NCBI GenBank assembly: GCA_045863855.1
Contig: BTVV01000081.1
Coordinates: 1-26,915, forward strand
DNA length: 26,915 nucleotides
DNA from: Planctomycetota bacterium
GTDB lineage: Bacteria > Planctomycetota > SZUA-567 > H5-PLA8
Direction of reading: 5' to 3'
The position numbers were made by a program, and so were the translations under genes. This document shows positions 17,296 through 25,728 of this stretch, piece after piece. Numbering within the stretch: position 1 is the first letter of the stretch; every line of letters starts with the position of its first letter. The notes beneath the pieces are model-generated. The model saw nothing but the letters and a program-made list of their open reading frames with translations, was not told where the DNA came from and searched no databases.

Positions 17296-17371
17296 TGGAG
17301 GCCGCGGCCGGACTCGAACCGGCGAATAACGGTTTTGCAAACCGTCCCCTTAGCCACTTGGGTACGCGGCC
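17296..17371 (-). tRNA. tRNA-Cys (GCA)
   Basis: 76-nt cloverleaf GGCCGCG-TA-CCCAAGTGGCTAAGGG-G-ACGGT TTGCAAA ACCGT-TATTC-GCCGG TTCGAGT CCGGC-CGCGGCC-T-CCA. U73 discriminator, encoded CCA. Confidence 0.98.
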
Positions 17372-17387
17372 TTCTAATGCGATCAGA

Positions 17388-17416
17388 AGGGTAAAGGGAG
17401 GCGCCCGGCCGGTCAA
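17388..17416 (-). promoter_or_regulatory. Putative sigma70 promoter of tRNA-Cys
   Basis: Minus strand TTGACC-N17-TACCCT, 16 nt upstream of the mature 5' end. Confidence 0.6.
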
Positions 17417-17486
17417 GCCGAGGCCGGATTCGCGTGCTCGGCCGGGAGTGGTGAAGTCCGGGGGCTCCGCTAGTCTGGAAGGATCT

Positions 17487-18197
17487 ATGCGCATGCATCG
17501 CTTGTGTTCGCTGGCGCTATGCTGGGGGTTGTCGGCCGCGGCCTTGGCGGGCGAATCCCAGCCGCCGCCGTCGCCCCCGGCGCCCGCCGAGAAGGAGAAG
17601 CCCGCTATGAATCTGGACGCGTTCGTCGTGGAGCAGTGGAATCCCGGCGAGGGCGCCGTGAAGCTGGAAGAGGGGCTCCTGCGCATCGACACCCAGGAAG
17701 GCCAGGACGGCGTCCACGTCTGGCTGAAGGAAGAATTGCCGCCCAATTTTACGCTCGAATACGACTTCACGCCTCTATCGCCGAGCGGCTTTTTCCTGCT
17801 TTTCTTCTGCCAAAAAGGGCTGAAGGGCGAGGACGTCCTCGCGCCGGAGCTACTCGCCGAGCGCAAGGAGTCGACGCTTTTCCGGACCTACACGCTGGGG
17901 CGCGCGGGGTATCACATCAGCTACCGGCGCAACGAGGCGGCGAACTGCAACCTGCGCAAGAACCCGGGCATGAATCTGGTCAAGCAGCAGCCGCTCGAAG
18001 ACGTGCTGCCCGCGAATAAGACGGTGCGCGTGAAACTGACCAAGCAAGGCGCGCGGATCACGCTCGAAGTGGACGGCAAGACCTTCATGGACTACACGGA
18101 CCCCGAGAAGCCGCACAGCGGCGGTCGGATCGCCTTCCGGCAGGTCTATCCGTCCTCGGCGCGTTACGGGAATATCGTGCTGAAAGAGCTGAAGTAG
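17487..18197 (+). CDS. Secreted DUF1961/YesU-like concanavalin-A-fold protein
   Basis: Signal peptide MRMHRLCSLALCWGLSAAALAGE. VWLKEELP.NF.LEYDF.P, YHISYRR...NLRKNPG..LV and GGRIAFRQ motifs. Confidence 0.72.
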   Translation: MRMHRLCSLALCWGLSAAALAGESQPPPSPPAPAEKEKPAMNLDAFVVEQWNPGEGAVKLEEGLLRIDTQEGQDGVHVWLKEELPPNFTLEYDFTPLSPSGFFLLFFCQKGLKGEDVLAPELLAERKESTLFRTYTLGRAGYHISYRRNEAANCNLRKNPGMNLVKQQPLEDVLPANKTVRVKLTKQGARITLEVDGKTFMDYTDPEKPHSGGRIAFRQVYPSSARYGNIVLKELK

Positions 18198-18214
18198 TAC
18201 TTCGTTAAATTGGC

Positions 18215-18478
18215 TTATTCAATACAGCCACACGCTTTACATTGAAATCGAATGCGCGGCCCCATCACGGCAAATGCGCTGAGTTGTTGGCATTGCAGGC
18301 ATTTTGCAGGAACTACCCTTTGGAAAAGCAACACCAGCGCCCAAGGAGCTAAGAATGCCGATATCGGTATCAAAGAAAGCAGTAGCCATGAACGATAGGT
18401 CACAGGCAACAGAATGGCGCTTAAAAACCCAGTAGCGGCCAACAAACCTTGAATCGTCAGATGTACCCTGCGGGACAT
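18215..18478 (-). CDS. Small membrane protein with C-terminal CxxC...CxxC zinc ribbon
   Basis: 87 aa, two hydrophobic segments, CLQC...CKAC. ATG 6 nt after the kinase stop. Fills the whole gap. Low GC. Confidence 0.6.
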   Translation of the reverse strand: MSRRVHLTIQGLLAATGFLSAILLPVTYRSWLLLSLIPISAFLAPWALVLLFQRVVPAKCLQCQQLSAFAVMGPRIRFQCKACGCIE

Positions 18479-18484
18479 AAGAAA

Positions 18485-21400
18485 TCATTTCCCCGGCACT
18501 TCGTACTTCGCGGCCAGCGCTTTGACTTCGTCGGGCGAGAGCGCGCGGCGGTAGTGCACCACTTCGTCGATCATCCCCACCAGCCCGCCGGCGCGGGGCA
18601 CGCCTTGACCGCCCATGCCGATGCGAACCACATGCTGGACGATATCCGAACCCAAGGTCGTATTGTTCTGGCGGCCGTCTTCCTGCCCGTCCACGTACAG
18701 GATCAGGTTGCGCGTGCTCCAGTCGTAAGTGGCGGCGACGTGATGCCATTGGCCGTCGGTGATCCGCGTGCGACCGCCGGGCCCGCCCCCATCCTCCCCT
18801 TCCCCGCCGCCCATGCTGCCGGTGAAGCGCAGGTTGCCGCGCGAAATGTAAAACGCTTTGCTGAACGCTTCGAAGTTCCCGCGCACCGAAGTCTTGGACA
18901 TGATCGCGCCGTCGCGCTCGGTCTTGACCCACGCGCCGATGGAGAAGCTGTTGCCGCCGAAGATGAGCGGGCGCGAATTGTTGATGCCGATGTGCGTCTT
19001 GCCGTCCAGTTTGACGCCAAAGCCGTCCCACTGGCTCTTTTCGTAAGGCACCGTACCGCCCAGGAAGACGCCATCGCTGCCGCGCTTCGCGCGGTCGATG
19101 GCTTGGGTGCCGCGTCCTTCGTCGAAGCTCAACCACATGGTCATTTCCAGCGTGGGCGTGAGCGGTTTACGCTCGGCGGCGGGCTCCTTTTTCTCGCCCG
19201 TGGCCGTAGCGGCATTGCCCGGCGCGGCAGCGGCCAGTTCGGGCGCCTTTTCGTCGCGCAGCCAGCGCCCCGCACCCGAGACCGGCGTGATCTCCGCGTG
19301 GTGGAAACGGATCGTGGTCTCGTAACAGCCCAGCGCCACGACGCCGTTGGCCGTCAGCTTCCATTCTTTGTCGAGCGTCACGTCGCTCCAGTCGCCCGCG
19401 TACCGCGCAATGGGGCGGCCGTCGAGCAGCGCTTCGACCCCGCTCTGACGCACGCGCAGCGATACCTTGTAACGCCGTCCCTTATGCAGCGGTTCGGGCA
19501 GCTCAACGCGGGTGCCGTTCTCGCGGGTGTCTTTGCCCCCGATGCGCATGAACCCGGTGATGCGCTGGTCGAAGCCATCGAGCAGGAACAGGATCGCGCG
19601 GTCCCGGAACGGAAGAATGAAGTCGATGCTCTTGGCGCCGTGCTCGCGCGTGAACTCCACCGTCAGGTCATACTCCTCGGGCGGCGCGTAGGGCAGCGCC
19701 ATGCAGGCATACGGCGCGTAGGGGCTCACGATATCCGCCCCGTCGCGCTTCCAGCCCGAAGCCGCGGAGTCTTTCTCTGGAACGCTGCGGGCCAGCAAAT
19801 CGATGCCCGCGCCCGCGGCCGGGGTCGAAGCGGGCGCCTGCGCCGCCGGAGCGGCCGGCGCGGGCGCTACGGCCGTCGTCGCCGCCGGTTTGGCCGCGGC
19901 ATCGCCGCGTGGCGGGCCGAAGTAGAAATCGTCGATCTCGAGCGCGCCTGCATCGTGCGCCACGGCCTCGAAGCCGATCCGCACCGGATTCACGGCCATC
20001 TGCCGGACCACCTCCTGCGGGATTTCGCCGGACGCGGCTTCCTGGCCGTCCACCCACACCGTCAGCCGATCGCCTTGGCGAACGTAACGGCAATCGTACG
20101 CGCGGCCGGAGTGGAAATTGCGTTTGGCTTCGTGGGAGAAACGCCAGAGGCCGGTATCGTTCGCAAACCCGTGGCGCTGGTGAACCGCGAAATCTCCAAA
20201 CAGGGTGCGTTGCGGACACGATTCCACGATGCGCATGGCGGTGGCATCGCCTTCGGACCAGTTGAAGATCAGCGCCGTCGAAGCTTCCCAATCGTTCTCG
20301 CCGCCGGGCTTGATATGCCGGAACTTATAGCGCACTTCCCAATCCCCTTCCCACGTGCGGCGCGGTATGCGGAACTCGAGCGGGTACACGTGCGGGGACC
20401 GCGGACCTTCGTTGCCCGAACGCTGGAAGCGCGCCAGCAGCTTGCCGTCCGTGTGCGCGATCGTGCCCTTGGTCCGGCCGGGACCGCGCGTAGAGGCTTC
20501 CTCATGTATCCGCATGCCTTCCTGGAAAGCCGCGAAGGAGGCCGGCGAATCGAAATCGAAGTAAAGCCCTTCGAGCTTGGCGAGTTCGTCCATGGCCCTG
20601 GCGAGCATCTTCTCGAGTTCGCCGGCGTTGGCCGTGCGCAGTTCGCTCTGGCCGTGCTGCTCGATGAACTTCAAACCCGCATCGCGCAGCTCTTTCCACT
20701 TTTGTTCGTCGTGCAGCCGTACCATGAGCTTCCAGGCGGCTCCGGCGCTGACTTCGGCGGCGCCGACCTCGGCGACCTCCACGAAGCGCGAAAGCAGCGC
20801 CGCCGCCGGCTCGGCCGCGCCGGCTTTGCGTGCGGCCTCGACCGCCGCGCGCGCATCGTCGGCGCTGGCGCTTTCGCCGCCCAAGCTCAGCACCTTACCC
20901 AACGCCGCCGCGAGTCGGTCGCCGGCCTCCGTGCCCAAGCCCTGTTCGGAGAGTTCCATCCGTGTCTGCGGGTGCAGCTTCGAAAAAGCCAGCGGTAATT
21001 CCATCCCTTGCTGCTTGATGTAAAGCTGTCCGTCCTTCACTTCGGCGACTTGCATCTCCACTTTTTTGCCCACGCGCATCGGGTTGCCGACGGCCAAGCG
21101 CAGCGTGAAGACATCCGCATCCTTCAATTTCTCGGCCCCAAGCGCCAAGGCCGCGTCGAGGGTCTGGAGCCACTTGAAGCTTTCGGAGGCCTGCGCCAGC
21201 GGTTCGGCCAGGGGCTTCAGCGCGCCGTCGGCCTGCGCCTGGGAAAGGACAACCTTGGCCTTATCGATCGCCCCGGCGCGCAGCGCCTCCAAAAAGTTCG
21301 CAGCGAAGCGGGCGAACGCCGCTTCGGCGGCGGCTTCGTCCACGCGCGGCGCAGGCGCGGCGGGCTCCGTGCCCGGCGCCGGTTCGGCCGGCGCTGCTTG

Positions 21401-22918
21401 CGCCGTGGCCGCCGCGGAGGCCGGCGCGGGTGCGGCCGCCGGATCGGCTTCTTCGACTCCGAGTTCGGCGAGCAACTGGCGCGCGCGGATCGCGACGTCC
21501 GTTTCGCCGTGCTGCGTCAAGAATTGCTGGATGCGCGCGGCGCGACCGGCTTTGTCGGCCGCGTCCAGGCCGTCGAAGCGCACGAGCTGCGCGAAGGCCT
21601 GCATCGGCGAGAGCGCTTCTTGTTCGGCGGGCTGCGCATCCGTCCCGGCCGCAGCGGTTTTGGCCGCTTCCGAAACTGTTGCCGGTTCGCTGCGCTTCAC
21701 GGGTTGCGGCGGGCGCACGGGCGAAGGCTGCTCGCGGCGGTCCTCCGAGGAGCCGCTGCGGCGCGCTTCGGTATCGGGCTTCGAACCGCCCTTGCCCATT
21801 AAGAGAAAAGCCATGCCGCCCAGGAGCACCGCCGCGGCGACGCCGCCGATGGCCAGCATCGAACCGCTGGCCGCGGGCTCGGCCCGGTCGCGTTCGCTTA
21901 CCGATGCCCGTGGGCCGGTGCCCGTTCCCTTGACCGGTACGCGCGGGCCGGTGGTCGTGCCCTTGATCGGAGCGCGGGGACCGGTTGTGCCTTTCGCGCC
22001 AATGGGCGCCAGTTTTCCCGTCGTCGCGCCTTTGGCGCCGCGCTTGCCCGCATGCGTGAAAAGAATCTTCTCGATCTGCCCGACCAGTTCGGCCGCCGAG
22101 CCCACGCGCTTGGCGGGTTCTTTTTCCATCAGGCGTGCCAAGAGCCGCCCCGTCGCTTCGCTGACCGATTTTTCTTCGCGGTGCGCCAGCGGCGGCTTCT
22201 CGGTCAGATGCTTGGACATGATCTCGGCCGAGGTGCTGCCTTGGAACGGCGGATGGCCGGTGAGCAAATGGAAGAGCGTCGCACCCAAGGCGTAGAGGTC
22301 GGTGCGCGTATCGATCTTGTCGTTGTGCCCGCGGACTTGTTCGGGCGCCATGTAGAAGGGCGTGCCAATGGCCTTGCCCGTCTGCGTCAGTCCGGCGTCT
22401 TCGCCATCGCTGTTCGTCTGCTTGGCCAATCCCAAGTCGGCCAGCTTGGGCGTCCCGTTGGCGGTCAGCAGGATGTTGTCCGGTTTGATGTCGCGGTGGA
22501 CGAGGCTGATCTTCTCCGCGGCTTCCAGCGCCTTAGCCACATCGAGCGCGATCTCGAGCACGCGGACTTCGTCGAGCTTGCCTTCGTCCTGCAACACCTG
22601 CTTCAGCGTCGGACCGTCCACCAGTTCCATCGCGAAGTAGTACAGGCCCGTTGCCGGATCCTGCCCAACGTCGATCCCCTGCACCGCGTTGGGATGGTTC
22701 AACTTCGCGCTGCTGCGCGCTTCGCGCATGAAGCGCTCGATAAACGTCTGGTCCTTCGCGATGCTGGGCGGGAGAATCTTCAAGGCCACGATGCGGTCGA
22801 GGGAGATTTGGCGCGCCTTGAAGACCGCGCCCATCGCGCCTTGACCGAGCTTGTCGAGGATCTCGAATCCGTTGATGACCTTGGGATTCGCACCCGTGCC
22901 TGCTTTTTCGCCCGCCAT
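18485..22918 (-). CDS. Membrane-anchored Hanks-type Ser/Thr kinase with large extracytoplasmic region ending in a LamG-like domain
   Basis: GQGAMGAV, VALK, HRDIKPDN, DLG, GTPFYMAPE, DLYALG. TM segment MLAIGGVAAAVLLGGMAFLLM. C-terminal SFSIGAWVK, DGQWHHVAATYD, LYVDG, IDEV..Y.RALS..EV. AGGGG RBS. Confidence 0.93.
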   Translation of the reverse strand: MAGEKAGTGANPKVINGFEILDKLGQGAMGAVFKARQISLDRIVALKILPPSIAKDQTFIERFMREARSSAKLNHPNAVQGIDVGQDPATGLYYFAMELVDGPTLKQVLQDEGKLDEVRVLEIALDVAKALEAAEKISLVHRDIKPDNILLTANGTPKLADLGLAKQTNSDGEDAGLTQTGKAIGTPFYMAPEQVRGHNDKIDTRTDLYALGATLFHLLTGHPPFQGSTSAEIMSKHLTEKPPLAHREEKSVSEATGRLLARLMEKEPAKRVGSAAELVGQIEKILFTHAGKRGAKGATTGKLAPIGAKGTTGPRAPIKGTTTGPRVPVKGTGTGPRASVSERDRAEPAASGSMLAIGGVAAAVLLGGMAFLLMGKGGSKPDTEARRSGSSEDRREQPSPVRPPQPVKRSEPATVSEAAKTAAAGTDAQPAEQEALSPMQAFAQLVRFDGLDAADKAGRAARIQQFLTQHGETDVAIRARQLLAELGVEEADPAAAPAPASAAATAQAAPAEPAPGTEPAAPAPRVDEAAAEAAFARFAANFLEALRAGAIDKAKVVLSQAQADGALKPLAEPLAQASESFKWLQTLDAALALGAEKLKDADVFTLRLAVGNPMRVGKKVEMQVAEVKDGQLYIKQQGMELPLAFSKLHPQTRMELSEQGLGTEAGDRLAAALGKVLSLGGESASADDARAAVEAARKAGAAEPAAALLSRFVEVAEVGAAEVSAGAAWKLMVRLHDEQKWKELRDAGLKFIEQHGQSELRTANAGELEKMLARAMDELAKLEGLYFDFDSPASFAAFQEGMRIHEEASTRGPGRTKGTIAHTDGKLLARFQRSGNEGPRSPHVYPLEFRIPRRTWEGDWEVRYKFRHIKPGGENDWEASTALIFNWSEGDATAMRIVESCPQRTLFGDFAVHQRHGFANDTGLWRFSHEAKRNFHSGRAYDCRYVRQGDRLTVWVDGQEAASGEIPQEVVRQMAVNPVRIGFEAVAHDAGALEIDDFYFGPPRGDAAAKPAATTAVAPAPAAPAAQAPASTPAAGAGIDLLARSVPEKDSAASGWKRDGADIVSPYAPYACMALPYAPPEEYDLTVEFTREHGAKSIDFILPFRDRAILFLLDGFDQRITGFMRIGGKDTRENGTRVELPEPLHKGRRYKVSLRVRQSGVEALLDGRPIARYAGDWSDVTLDKEWKLTANGVVALGCYETTIRFHHAEITPVSGAGRWLRDEKAPELAAAAPGNAATATGEKKEPAAERKPLTPTLEMTMWLSFDEGRGTQAIDRAKRGSDGVFLGGTVPYEKSQWDGFGVKLDGKTHIGINNSRPLIFGGNSFSIGAWVKTERDGAIMSKTSVRGNFEAFSKAFYISRGNLRFTGSMGGGEGEDGGGPGGRTRITDGQWHHVAATYDWSTRNLILYVDGQEDGRQNNTTLGSDIVQHVVRIGMGGQGVPRAGGLVGMIDEVVHYRRALSPDEVKALAAKYEVPGK

Positions 22919-23322
22919 AAACCAACCCCTTGATCCCCCTCGCCAGACTTAAGCGAGTCCCCGCCAGCTCTTGCGCCCCACGCGCAGAACCGTCATAGGC
23001 TCCGTCGTTCCGCGCGCGGCTTACCCCAAGCCGGCATGGAAGTCCGTCACGTTTGTATGCGCTAATATGCTCCGCGTCCTACAAAGGTGAGGACGCGAGT
23101 TTTTACCTCATTCCTGCACCGTTGACTTCATTAACTAGTTGAAATTTGAAGCACTTATAAGAGCGCACCGGTGCGGCAAGTCGGAGGTCTAGAGGACTCG
23201 AACGGCCTGTCCCGAGCCCCAATCCGAGGCCTACCAAACGGGCTCAAAGGTACCGTATGGCAAAGCGAATGGTCGAGGTTCCTTAGAAGCGTATCCAGAG
23301 CAAAGGGTTGCCGGTTCTAAAA

Positions 23323-23367
23323 TACATATACTTTCTTTTGAATCACATATATGTACTGGTGTATAAG
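23323..23367 (+). promoter_or_regulatory. Candidate operator/promoter of the downstream cluster
   Basis: Perfect IR TACATATA-N17-TATATGTA (23323-23355) overlapping TTGAAT-N18-TATAAG (23338-23367). Confidence 0.45.
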
Positions 23368-23424
23368 GTCTCGCGGGCGTACCTAACCGGCAGTGATGCA
23401 GATGCGAAAAGTGGGGGCGTGGCC

Positions 23425-24417
23425 ATGTGCGGCTATTCGAAACTGCTGCTGATCGGGGTTCTGGCTTGGAGCGGGCTACTCTGCGCCGGCGAGCCGAAGA
23501 CCGCGCTGGAGTTGGCCGCGGCAAGTCTGGCACCCGGCGTTTTCGCGGAGTTCAAGACCGAAGGCTACGAGTTCCAAACGCTGATGCGCGGCGAGGACAT
23601 TCTCGCGTACAGCGGCAAGGCCGGATACGACGCGCGCAATCGGCAGGTCCATCTGATCGGGCAAGTCCATCTCAAAGGGCCGCCGGTTCATATTCGCTAC
23701 GACCTCGCGACGAATGCGTGGACCCAGATGCCGACATCGGAATGGGCGAAGCCCTTGAAGTGGTTCCACGCGTACGAGAACAACGCCGCCGACAGCGAGG
23801 GCGGGTACTTCTTTCACAACGCAAGCGCGTCGGGGTGGGTGCATCGCTTCGAGGCCGCCAAGAACGAGTGGACAACGCTCCCCGAACTCAAGGCGCCCCA
23901 CGGGCACGGCATGGCGCTGGCGTACTTTCCGGAACGCCGCTCGCTGATTCGCTATTTGGGCAAAGAGGTTTGGGAACTCAATACGGCCGCCGGGCAGTGG
24001 GCGGCGCTGAGCAAAGAAGCCGCGGCCGGACCGTACCACAACCTGGCGTGCTACAGCGCCGGGTTCAAAACGGTCCTGCTGGGCGGCGGCAACGGGAGCG
24101 GACAGCTCTACCGGCTGGACGTTCAGGGCAAACTCAACGCGTCCAAGCCCGCGCCTTTCAACCTCGGCGTCGGAATGAGCCTCACCGAGTGCGATCCGGC
24201 GAGCGGCGAACTGGTGGCGGTCTCGAACGCGGGCAAGGTCGCGGCCTACCATCCGGGGCAGGACGTCTGGCGCGAGCTTGCGGCGGCGGCTCCGTTCAAA
24301 GGCGGGCATGGCGTCTCGGTCGCTCCGATCCGCGGAGCCGGCGTACTGTTCTATTTCAGCTCCGCGCCGCAGGGCATGAAAGTCTGGCTGTACAAGCACG
24401 CGGCGCAGGATAAGTAG
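23425..24417 (+). CDS. Secreted Kelch-like beta-propeller protein
   Basis: Signal peptide MCGYSKLLLIGVLAWSGLLCAGE. Repeated YD..TNAWT, FE..KNEWT, LN..AGQWA, YHP..DVWR blades and LLGGGNG. Confidence 0.7.
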   Translation: MCGYSKLLLIGVLAWSGLLCAGEPKTALELAAASLAPGVFAEFKTEGYEFQTLMRGEDILAYSGKAGYDARNRQVHLIGQVHLKGPPVHIRYDLATNAWTQMPTSEWAKPLKWFHAYENNAADSEGGYFFHNASASGWVHRFEAAKNEWTTLPELKAPHGHGMALAYFPERRSLIRYLGKEVWELNTAAGQWAALSKEAAAGPYHNLACYSAGFKTVLLGGGNGSGQLYRLDVQGKLNASKPAPFNLGVGMSLTECDPASGELVAVSNAGKVAAYHPGQDVWRELAAAAPFKGGHGVSVAPIRGAGVLFYFSSAPQGMKVWLYKHAAQDK

Positions 24418-24458
24418 CGCGGGTGCCGGACCGGCTTCAGGCGAGTAAGGGCAGGCGT

Positions 24459-25709
24459 ATGGATCTCAATCTCATCTCTTCTCCGCGCCACGCACCGGCC
24501 ACCAAGCACGAGCGTGTGCGCGAGTCGATCCGGCGCTTGATCCTCGACGGCACCTATGCGCCGGGTTCGCGGCTGCCGCCCGAGACGGATCTCCCGCGCC
24601 AGCTTCGCGCCAGCAAAATCACCATCGTCCGCGCGCTGAACGATCTGGCGCGCGAGGGGCTGATCGTGCGCCGCCGGGGGAGTGGGTCGTACGTGGCCGA
24701 CCCGGAGCAGCGCCCGCTGATGCCCGGCCGTTTCCTGCGCCTGGGCGTGCTGCTGCCGCATTCGTTCTTCTCCGATTTCCGCTACGGCGCGCAGCAAAAC
24801 GAGATTCTGCGCGGCGCGCTGGCCGCTTGGGGCCTGGAGCGACTGGCGGGCGAATTTCCCAGCGTGCCCGACCACGAGGCGACGCGCGGGCGCTGGGTCT
24901 CCGACCGCCGTGGTTGCTCCGTCGAAGTCCTGGGCGAAGAGCACGCGGCGCGCCACCGCCATCCGCCGCTGAGCGCCGTGCGCGAGGCGCGCTTCGACGG
25001 AATCCTGACGCTCAGCGTGGTCGAAGAAGAGTGGACCGCCGAACTGCTCGACCTGGGCATCCCGACGGTGCTGGTGGACTTTCCCAACGAGCGCTTCGCG
25101 ATGCGCGCCGATCAGGTGTTCTTCGATCCGTTTCCCGGCTACCGCGCGGCAGTGCGGGAGTTCACGGCGCGCGGCCTGCGGCGGATCTGGTTCCTCGGCT
25201 GCTGGATGCACCAGCCCTACGCGGAGTTCGCGGCGCTGCAGCGCGATCCCGATTTCTACGCGCCCGAGAAAGCCCGGCTCGATCCCGACAGCTTCGTGCG
25301 CCAGAGCGCTTGGCGGCAGGCGATGGCGGAGGCCGGACTGCGCGCGCCGGACGAATGGGTGCAAGCCACCTGGTCCGACGAGCCCCACGTTCGTACGCTC
25401 GCCGAAGCATGGGCCGGCCTTCCGGCCGCGGAGCGGCCCGAAGGCATCATCTGCCACTCGTACGGGCAGGCTCGAACCGTGGCGGCGGTCTTTGCCGAAC
25501 GCGGACTGGTCTGCGCGGCGGCCGGCGCCACCGACGCGCCCGTGCTCGGCGGCGCGCGCGCGATCTTGGCCGATAACGCGCAACTGGGCCGCACCGCCGC
25601 CGAACTGCTGCTCTGGAAGCTCCAGCAACCCAAGCGTCCCGGCCTGCGCGTAGGCGTTCCCATGTGGTTGTCCGATGCGCCTGCTTACGCGAGCCGCCCC
25701 ATCCCATGA
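24459..25709 (+). CDS. GntR-HTH / LacI-type periplasmic-binding-fold hybrid transcriptional regulator (AraR-like architecture)
   Basis: PGSRLPPETDL...SKITIVRALNDLAREGLIVRRRGSGSYV, then DGIL, GIPTVLVD, RGLRRIWFLG, RPEGIIC, LGRTAAELLL. Confidence 0.88.
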   Translation: MDLNLISSPRHAPATKHERVRESIRRLILDGTYAPGSRLPPETDLPRQLRASKITIVRALNDLAREGLIVRRRGSGSYVADPEQRPLMPGRFLRLGVLLPHSFFSDFRYGAQQNEILRGALAAWGLERLAGEFPSVPDHEATRGRWVSDRRGCSVEVLGEEHAARHRHPPLSAVREARFDGILTLSVVEEEWTAELLDLGIPTVLVDFPNERFAMRADQVFFDPFPGYRAAVREFTARGLRRIWFLGCWMHQPYAEFAALQRDPDFYAPEKARLDPDSFVRQSAWRQAMAEAGLRAPDEWVQATWSDEPHVRTLAEAWAGLPAAERPEGIICHSYGQARTVAAVFAERGLVCAAAGATDAPVLGGARAILADNAQLGRTAAELLLWKLQQPKRPGLRVGVPMWLSDAPAYASRPIP

Positions 25710-25728
25710 TCTGCGGAGGAGTATAGAG

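Larger units (their letters stand above)
11089..17339. mobile_element. Genomic island integrated in tRNA-Cys, no intact integrase
   Basis: Bounded by 46-bp direct repeats of the tRNA 3' half. Non-coding, AT-richer termini with TTGGCG repeats. Three cargo genes. Confidence 0.85.

Noticed and set aside
17226..17486. N-terminal extension of the DUF1961-like ORF, and ORF 17204-17866
   Set aside because: Both overlap tRNA-Cys. The signal peptide starts at 17487.
18449..20998. 849-aa plus-strand ORF, and similar long antisense ORFs at 158-1135, 3571-4941, 4987-5889, 7637-8863 and 24351-26093
   Set aside because: Shadow frames of real genes caused by high GC3. No recognisable motifs, and each lies antisense to a well-supported CDS.
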